Made by a program: the position numbers and the translations under genes. A stretch of 60,534 nt of DNA from Welwitschia mirabilis (Eukaryota), in contig JBOZIK010000001.1 in assembly GCA_051453625.1 (NCBI GenBank), positions 16,409,801 to 16,470,334 of the forward strand, read 5' to 3'. The notes beneath the pieces were generated by a model. It was not told the DNA's origin. It saw only the letters and a list, made by a program, of their open reading frames with translations, and did no database searches. Shown piece after piece: positions 52,101-60,534 of the stretch (position 1 is its first letter; each line of letters begins with the position of its first letter).

Positions 52101-54036
52101 TTTAGCTTTATATTTTGATAGTATCTATTTTTTTTTTTTTAAGTTTTTATTCTTAGTTTACAGTTTGTATTTTCTACTTTAATAATTAATAACCTGTCAT
52201 CTCCTTTATTTTTTGGATAACAAGTTGGATGACAGTCTTTGTTTGTAATCTTTATTTCTAGATTTTTTTGCCAGTTTTCTATGTTCTATTTTTAGTCCTG
52301 TCTCTATCATCCTCTATATCATTTGGATGACAAAAAGAATAATAATCAGTTAATAATTGTTTTAGTTTTCTATTATTTTAAGAGCATACATTCAAATGGC
52401 TCTATTAAGATTTTTGACCTAACTACTTAAGAATTTCAAGAAGCTAATGAGTAAATTTTGGAATTATTCAAGAAAACTATCTAAATTTTATCTTAGATTT
52501 TTCCTTTGAAGGTCATTATGGCATTACTTAATCATCTTTCAAACATGATTAATGTATTTATTTCCATGACTAGCCTTTGACTTAGGCACTTTTAGTGATA
52601 AGATTGGATCCATCCAATCTTAAGACATTCACATGTCTATGAGCTTCAGTTTGAAGGAAGATGCTTTATTTTTCGTGTTTTTCTTAATGGTGAAAATATC
52701 TTAGATTGTTTAAAGTATTATTTTATATCTTAATCTTATAACTTCACCTTTGTCTTTTGGAGTGTTTGGTACTATGGAATGTTTTAATTTTATTAGGAAA
52801 AAAAAAAGAGTTAAATAAGACCATGATGTTTTCTATCTGTGATATTTCAAAAGCATGACATCATGATGTCCTATCACAAGTACACTAGTGCAAATATTTT
52901 TGAGAGGAGCCTTTAGAAGTGTAATATGATAGCTGTGGAAACTCCACTAAGAGGTCAATTAGCCATGCTCCATAAGTCCTTACTTCTCTAACTATGGTTG
53001 TACTCTCCTTATCATAGATAATAAAGTTATAATAAACTTTGAGGCTACAGAATTAGTGGTATTCTTGGTGTTATTAGAGCATTTATTATTTCTTAGACTC
53101 TTAGTATTTCTACATGATTATCTTATTTCTTAAGATTTAGATGTTTGTTTTGAGATGATAGTAGGTGAGTTAATTTTTAAGCAACTCTTTGATCTAATCA
53201 TTCTTTATTTAAAGCATTTTATTTCTAACATTTTCATAATCATTGCCTTATCGACTAGAATTTTTTATAGAGCAAGTCATGCATCTTCAAATCAAGTGAT
53301 GTTATGATTTCTTTCATAAAAGTCTACTAGTTTAAAACTGTAGATAGATCGGCTATCTTTTTAGCTTATCTCATGTCCATTCTTTCTATTTTCTTTTATT
53401 TTTAGGATAGTTATTTCAAAGTAGTTATCATATTTTCTTATATTTTTATGACCTTAATATTTTAATGATTTTCTTATTTAAGTTTTTAATAAAATTTAAT
53501 TTCTTGCTTAGATGAGTTTTCTTAATAAATTTTGTGATGTTTATTTTAAGTCTTTTGGAGTTGTAAGCACTGCTCTTAATCATTTTTATGATGAAACATT
53601 TTCATTATCAACTCTTTATTTACTTATCAAAATATTTCATATATTTATATTTTTTAAATTTAACATTTCATTACTTAGCTTTGCACTTTCTTTAGAAAGT
53701 TTCCAAATTTAAAAACACTCCTTATCTATCTTCTCACTTTTGTTTACTTTCTTTTCTTTATTTTCTAATATAGGATGTATTGTTTTTCTTAGGGGAGGAA
53801 AGGGATCCATTTTTATTACTCATTTTAAAAAATTTTAAACTTAATTTAGAACTTTCATGACATAAAATTTTAAAATTTCCATTTACATTATGCACTGTAT
53901 GTTATTTATCTATATGGTGTTTTATGAGCCTCTTTTATAATTTACAAATTGATTTTTTATAAGACAAATTGGCTCATAATTATGGTTTTTCACCTTTTTT
54001 TTTACCAGGAACTGATAAAGGCTAAGTGGGAGGCTA

Positions 54037-55728
54037 TGTTGCACTGTTAATTTGTAGTTATTTTATGGGGTTTTATGAGATGTTTTGCAAGAAATTTGTA
54101 ATAGGTTTAGGTGTAATTCTAAGGATTTTGGAGAATCAATATAAAATCTTGAAAATATTCAATTCTTAGTGATATTTAAGGCATTCAAGGAACATTTTAA
54201 TACTAGTAACTATGAAGGAAGATTATTGATGAAAATGCTAGCTTCTTCTCAATAAAATGATTAAAGAAGATTATNNNNNNNNNNATGACAAGTAGGACAA
54301 TGACTGCACTAAATGTTAATGTGAATTGTTGAATTAATTGCTAAGATGCTTGATGAGTTAAATTATGTAATGAGTTATTTTCTTCATAATTATCTAGATA
54401 TAGTCAAGACGACACTGACATGTAACCAACTCTGATAGTGAACCCTTAACTGTTTCATACTTTTCTTTCTATAAATGAGTGTGTCTTATCATGCCTTCTA
54501 TTTGTCATTTTCTACTATTCTTTCCTATAAATAATTACCCCTTTGATTCTCCTCCTTATCTTTGTTGCACCAAACATTCTTGTAATAGAAGATTAAAGGG
54601 TGATCCATCTCAAGTATTGTAGAATGATATTCCCTTGNNNNNNNNNNNNNNNNNNNNNNNNNNNNNNNNNNNNNNNNNNNNNNNNNNNNNNNNNNNNNNN
54701 NNNNNNNNNNNNNNNNNNNNNNNNNNNNNNNNNNNNNNNNNNNNNNNNNNNNNNNNNNNNNNNNNNNNNNNNNNNNNNNNNNNNNNNNNNNNNNNNNNNN
54801 NNNNNNNNNNNNNNNNNNNNNNNNNNNNNNNNNNNNNNNNNNNNNNNNNNNNNNNNNNNNNNNNNNNNNNNNNNNNNNNNNNNNNNNNNNNNNNNNNNNN
54901 NNNNNNNNNNNNNNNNNNNNNNNNNNNNNNNNNNNNNNNNNNNNNNNNNNNNNNNNNNNNNNNNNNNNNNNNNNNNNNNNNNNNNNNNNNNNNNNNNNNN
55001 NNNNNNNNNNNNNNNNNNNNNNNNNNNNNNNNNNNNNNNNNNNNNNNNNNNNNNNNNNNNNNNNNNNNNNNNNNNNNNNNNNNNNNNNNNNNNNNNNNNN
55101 NNNNNNNNNNNNNNNNNNNNNNNNNNNNNNNNNNNNNNNNNNNNNNNNNNNNNNNNNNNNNNNNNNNNNNNNNNNNNNNNNNNNNNNNNNNNNNNNNNNN
55201 NNNNNNNNNNNNNNNNNNNNNNNNNNNNNNNNNNNNNNNNNNNNNNNNNNNNNNNNNNNNNNNNNNNNNNNNNNNNNNNNNNNNNNNNNNNNNNNNNNAT
55301 TAAGGTTTTGTTGTTTTGTACTAGATGTTATTACTCTTTAATATAAACTTTTTTTTCTTTATTGCATGTTAGTTTGTTATATGAACCTTATGATTTATGT
55401 TATCCTGATCTGGTAACAATTTCTTGGATGATATAGATCATCAAGGGAAGCCTTTTTCAAGGCTAAAACTAAGTATAGATTCATTTTGCATTACACTTAG
55501 GTTATGTTGCATCTTGCATTGCTTTACACATTATTTCTTGCATTGTTATTTATGTTTGATTCCCATTTTCTTTAGCAAAAGTGATCCAAGTCTCATCTCA
55601 TAGTCTTCAATGAGAACATGAAATTTTGGGTTACCTCACACTCATACTTGTTCTCATATTATGTAAGATATCTATTTTAAGTATAAAATGATAGAATATA
55701 AACACTTTCACAAATACACACCACAATA
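54037..55728 (+). repeat. 3' LTR of the Athila-like element (contains N gaps)
   Basis: Starts TGTTGC after the PPT and ends CACAATA. Homologous to 48096-49173. Confidence 0.9.
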
Positions 55729-56382
55729 CGTATGCTTATGTTATTCCTTATAATACAAAGTTTTCCTTCTAATGACATTAATGATGTAGTTTCAATGGCA
55801 CGTAAATTCCCAAAGTAAAGTTTTTAATGTATTAGCTTAACCCATAAGTCATTACCCATCTCTATAATCTAGTTAATAAAGATACTCATTTAGGGTACCA
55901 TAAGAAGTCTAGTTGTCATTAATCATTTCACTAATAACTAAGGCCTATTAATTTAAGGATATACATCTCATACAATTTCTGCCTATGAAAATCTACAAGG
56001 GTAACCTGGGCATGTTCATATCTAAATAAAGGAACATTTACATTTATTGTAGTGTGATTTTATGTAGTTTAGAAATCCTTTAGATAAACCTGTAAAGTCA
56101 TGTAAATTGTAGAAAACACACTCTAGTATAAATGGGAGTTCATCCAAATGTCGTAATCCAATGAAGGCACTAGGCTTAGAGAATTGATTTTTACCAAGGT
56201 ATTTTTAGTTATTTTTATATTTATAAAAACTAAAAGAAAATAATATGAGTAAATGAAATGCTTAAATAAAAATAAATAAATGCAAGTGAATGAAAATTGA
56301 ATGCAAATGCAAATGGATATGGAAATAGAAATGGAAATGGAAATAAATCTTACTTAAATCCTAGTCTTCCTATCACAAAGAC

Positions 56383-56927
56383 TGTTGGAAGTGAAGCTAA
56401 ATCTCTTGATGTTATTTATTTCTTTATAGTGTGACTTTATATATTTTATATAGTCCCTTTTCTTACTGTAATACTAAAAGGAAAAAGGGAAGTTAAATGG
56501 GGTCATATAGAATGTTTTAGAAGTTAGCATTAGGGTTTCTATTCTAAAAGAAAATCTATATAAGAAGAGTAGAGGCATGGAATGCCATAAGATGTAGGAG
56601 TCAAGAGTTATCAGATTGGCTATTAAGAACAGCTTGTATCCACATTCTTTTCTTCATTCTAATAGAGAGCTCTGCATTGCTTTTATGATTTTTCCCCACA
56701 TTGGGATTTTTCACGTAAATATGACGTGTTGATATTTGCATTTTGATTTTGCTCTACTGCATTTTTCTAAAAACTGGTATCAGAGTGAGGTTCGAAGTAT
56801 TTTCTATTTAAATATCTTTTAGAAGCCCTTCACAGAGTAAGTGAATGGCCTGTGAAATGGAGGAAGCGAAGCGAGTGAAGTGAGCGGAGCGGTTGGAGTA
56901 GAACAGGCTATGAGCGAACGACACAAA
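56383..56927 (+). mobile_element. Ty1/copia 5' LTR (about 56383-56772) with PBS and leader, nested in the Athila 3' LTR
   Basis: TGTTGGAAG begins exactly where Athila LTR homology stops. It contains TCTATATAAG, a GGGATTTTTCACGTAAAT motif common in copia LTRs, and PBS TGGTATCAGAG at 56775-56785. Confidence 0.8.
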
Positions 56928-57027
56928 NNNNNNNNNNNNNNNNNNNNNNNNNNNNNNNNNNNNNNNNNNNNNNNNNNNNNNNNNNNNNNNNNNNNNNNNN
57001 NNNNNNNNNNNNNNNNNNNNNNNNNNN

Positions 57028-57230
57028 TTTAGCCAAATTTTTGCCCTACCTCTAAGGGTAACTAAAAAAATAATCATGTAGGTATGATCACTAATATGTT
57101 TTTTTTTTCCATTTCCTGATGTAAGCACAAGTTATTCTATGTTAGCAAGATGTTGAAAAGGATCTTCTTCTGGTTCCCTCAAAAAGGTTGGGTAAGCACT
57201 TAAATTCCTTAACTCTACATTATTTTTAGG
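57028..57230 (-). pseudogene. gag: Athila-type gag N-terminal fragment
   Basis: PTFLREPEEDPFQHLANIE and IFLVTLRGRAKIWL correspond to the LP.F.G...EDP..HL and LFPFSL.D.AK.WL motifs of Retrotrans_gag proteins. Confidence 0.8.
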
Positions 57231-58069
57231 AGATGAATCAAAAGGATTTTAAATTTCACATTCTTTGAGTAATTAAATCTATAAGCATAATATTTGCATT
57301 CGAAGAAGAAGTTCCTATTATGATTAGAGCATTAGAAGAAGATACTTAATTTTGTTTTTATGATGCTTTCAAAATATTCAACATTTTTGAAGAAAAAATA
57401 CAAACGCCTTATACACTATAATTTTCTTTTACAAAATTGAATTCTGAAATAATAAAAGTAGAAAAAGCTTCTTCTTTAATTCAGGGAATTTACATGCCTA
57501 GGATGTGCATTCCTAAATTTAATTCAAAGTCAATTAATCCTTCTCTTATGTTTTCTTCAATCAGGTTTCATTCTCTGTGATATTTTATCTTCTTATCAGT
57601 ATTTATCATATCCCTACATACTCGAGTAACTAATAAAATAGAGAAATTAAAAACAATGGCCCATCGTTTGTCTAGCCATGGGGATGATAAACAGAATGAT
57701 GATCACAATAAATGAAAAATCTGAAATTACAGAAGCTACAGAGCAATGCAAACTGTCATCTATTTGGTCATGGGAACGATAATAAGGATGATAGAGAATT
57801 TATTCTATGAAAAGAAAATTCAAAAAATATGAAAATGTAAAAAAAAAAAAAAAAAATCAGACTGTCATTCTCTTAGGTCATAGGAATGACATAAAAGATG
57901 ATAATTATTTAAAAAAAAACACAGATAAATTATGAAAAAATAAGCTAAAAAAATAAACCTACTTTAACCTAAGCTAAAAAAATATAGCACTAATTTAAAT
58001 AAATAACCTAAATAGAAGATTTAAGATACTTATCTAGTGAGCGACAATCCTCTTATCTCCTTGTGGCCT

Positions 58070-58087
58070 TTCCCAGCAACACCGCCA
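58070..58087 (-). other. Primer-binding site (tRNA-Asp type)
   Basis: Minus strand reads TGGCGGTGTTGCTGGGAA, a 14/18 match to the Athila PBS TGGCGCCGTTGCCGGGGA, 3 nt from the LTR end ...ACAACA. Confidence 0.85.
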
Positions 58088-58090
58088 AAA

Positions 58091-59464
58091 TGTTGTGATG
58101 TGATTTTATACAATCTGAAAACCCTTTAGATAAACCTATAAAGTCATGTAAATTGCTAAAAACACACTCTAGTATAGATGGGAGTTCACCCAAATATCAT
58201 AATTTAATGAAGGCACTAAGCTTAGAGTTAGAGAGTTGATTTTTGCCAAGGTATTTTTAGTTCTTTTTATCTTTATAAAAACTAAAAGGAAATAACATAA
58301 GTAAATGCAATGCTTAAATAGAAATGAAATGCAAGTGAATGAAAATGGATTACAAATGCAAATAGAGATGGAAATGGAAATAAATCTCACTTAAATCTTA
58401 GTCTTCCTATCACAAAAACAACTCCTTTATAACTTATTTCAATAAGAAGAGTATTTACTAATTCTTAATCAATATAAACTATGAGATCTATCTAGGTAAA
58501 ACTTGAAATGCACTATGAAAGAAAATAGAAAAGCGATGCAAATCTACTACTAATAATCAAGATTAACCTTAATAAAGGTTACCCTTATAATCTAAGTAAA
58601 TCAAAGATTATCACTAACTATGACTAACATAAATCATAAGGGATATGCACAATATTAAAATGAAGAGAAAATTATATTAATCCAAATATGAATTAGAACA
58701 ACATCCACTTAAATTAGAATAATAGCACTTTAATGAAAGAGACATAACCTAATACCAAGAAGACTCCTTTTTGCAGCATGGGACAGATCTCTTACTCTTT
58801 AAACCTCCATCACAAGTATTGGGTACAAAAGATGAGATGGAGATGAAGGAGGAGAAGGGTATTTATAGATTTTCAATTAAGGAATTTAGAGACAAAACCC
58901 TAAAGGTGGGAAATAAAAAGCCTAATGATCCACATGGGTCATTTGACACCATTTATAATGAAATTTATTATAGCAGTGAATAAATAGTTTTGTCCTATTT
59001 TTCATCCACACGACAGAAGGGACAATGCTGCTTTAACGGCTTGGGTAGTATGCCATATGCTACTATCAACTCCATGGATTATCTACGCATAGTCCCAATG
59101 TCGTCGTCCGAATGGATGAACATGCAGATAATGCCCTATTACCATGTACTACTATTAGCATTGCAGGCTTCTGTCCACATCAACATCTAGTCATCCTGGA
59201 TGTCATAAGGATGACCATAGGGATGATGGTCTTCTTTTGCTTTTTTCTCCCAGATAAATCAGTTTTGGCATCCTAAAGTCCTTCTTCCAATTCTGTAGTA
59301 TCTGAATAAGCCTGAGAAACTTCCAAAAATGCTAAGTATCACATGTTTTACTGATCATCTTATCAATTCTTTAAAGTCATTAGTATTACATCAAAACCTA
59401 TATGAATATCTTGCAAAATTACTCAAAATACACCATCAAATTCCCATAAATTGACATCATAATA
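58091..59464 (-). repeat. 5' LTR of the Athila-like element (about 1.37 kb)
   Basis: Homologous to 1812-3154 in reverse orientation and bounded by the PBS and the TSD. Confidence 0.9.
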
Positions 59465-59809
59465 ACATTTGTTTAGATCATACATCTTTGCTGATTTTAA
59501 AGAATGTGACTTCCCTCACATTCCACCCATGTAATATACAAAAAATTGTTATAACACATGCCCCAAAATAATGTCTTCTTATAGCATGTATGGTGCCCTA
59601 TACAAGTTATTAGTTCCTACATTATAGTGAACTACCCTTTTCATTAAATATTTTAATGGGATTTTTTCTTCAAACAAATAAAGATGATATTCATTAGCAC
59701 AACACAACCAAAATAAATTGATTCATTGAAATCAGATGGAATGGGGGGAAAAGGGTATTATGACTAGTATCTAGGATTGAATGCATGTCATGAAACATGT
59801 TCATCTCTA

Positions 59810-60534
59810 TGTTGCGACACCAACTTAAGTGTATTTAATAGGATATTTTGAGTTGTTTTGCAGATAAACTAATAGATAAATGCTTAGTTTCTATGATAAT
59901 TGACATTCAAGGAGCACAAGCCAAAAACATGCAGTTTATCATATAAGTCACGAAGATTTCCTATAGATCTGGATAAATTGTATTTTTAGATGATTATTCC
60001 AGCAAACAACCAGATATCAGGTTGACAAAGGACTAGTAAAAGACTATCGTCTCCTATGTCGTCCAGACAATAGTCAAGACGACAACCCTTCTTCGACAGA
60101 TCACAGACTTAATTTCAGAAGACTTGCAGTTGAAGTGAAGTTCTTATCATCAAAGTCCATTGTCCACCTAATCATCCAGTCGACACTAGTGGACGACATA
60201 TCCAGAAACAGTCGACATCAGTTTGCATGTAGATTACAGATAGACAAAGTGGAAGCAAACTAAGTTATCTTATTGTAATTCCCTATTGTCCCCTACATTG
60301 TCCGGACGACTACCAGGATGACACTGTCCTCTGATACTTTTACCAATTGTCTTCCCGAGTTATCACCTGTTATTTGCGACTTTCCCTTTCTTCATAGTTA
60401 GAGTTTGTCTTACGCTTCTCTATTAGTCTCTTTCCCTTTTCTGCCTATAAATAAAGGTCTTCCCCTCGATCCCTAATCATCTTCGACAGTACCTGACTTT
60501 CTCGTGATAGGAGATCTTGGGACCGGAGAACCAT
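59810..60534 (+). repeat. Younger Athila-like LTR, truncated by the window end
   Basis: Starts TGTTGCGACAC. It has GTCGTCC..GACGAC hairpins, CTATAAATA near 60445 and downstream blocks similar to the other Athila-like LTRs. CpGs are partly retained. Confidence 0.7.

Larger units (their letters stand above)
48096..55728 (+). mobile_element. Athila-like non-autonomous LTR element with paired LTRs and no recognisable pol
   Basis: LTRs at 48096-49173 and 54037-55728. Decayed tRNA-Asp PBS TGGCATTGTTGCTAGAGA (49177-49194). PPT-like tract at 54017-54036. The internal 4.9 kb shows no RT, RH or IN motif. Confidence 0.85.
56045..59464 (-). mobile_element. Athila-like Ty3/gypsy element with 5-bp TSD ACATT; interior mostly lost in a 100-N gap
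   Basis: ACATT at 56040-56044 and 59465-59469. LTR end copies at 56045-56382 and 58091-58415 are highly similar. PBS at 58070-58087. Gag motifs PTFLREPEEDPFQHLA and IFLVTLRGRAKIWL. Confidence 0.85.

Noticed and set aside
48091..55733. Candidate TSD GATAT/CGTAT for the 48096-55728 element
   Set aside because: Only 3 of 5 bases match, which is not distinguishable from chance. The SIRE flanks CAAGA/TGGAA also do not match.

Overview
AT-rich plant (most likely angiosperm) nuclear DNA from a gapped draft assembly, made up almost entirely of old, heavily C->T/G->A-decayed transposable elements. From left to right: the 3' end and LTR of an Athila-like Ty3/gypsy element (1-3154); a Sirevirus-type Ty1/copia element with gag and an env-like ORF but no pol (4171-13544, minus); a Tat-like gypsy element with an extra RNase H between protease and RT (about 13955-26379, minus); a near full-length degenerate L1 LINE (about 30737-35785, minus); one probable host gene, an intronless BIG GRAIN 1-like ORF (36568-37212, +) in a CpG-retaining island; a decayed CRM-like gypsy element (about 37992-41703); CACTA transposase fragments; a pol-less Athila-like element with paired LTRs (48096-55728); an Athila-like element bounded by an ACATT target-site duplication with a copia LTR nested in its 3' LTR (56045-59464); and a younger Athila-like LTR at the window end. 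I found no rRNA, tRNA or CRISPR, and no convincing wholly new biological system. The best leads are unusual retroelement architectures, a recurrent hairpin motif and a divergent BG1-like gene. All calls come from reading motifs by eye; no database searches were run and some coordinates are approximate.
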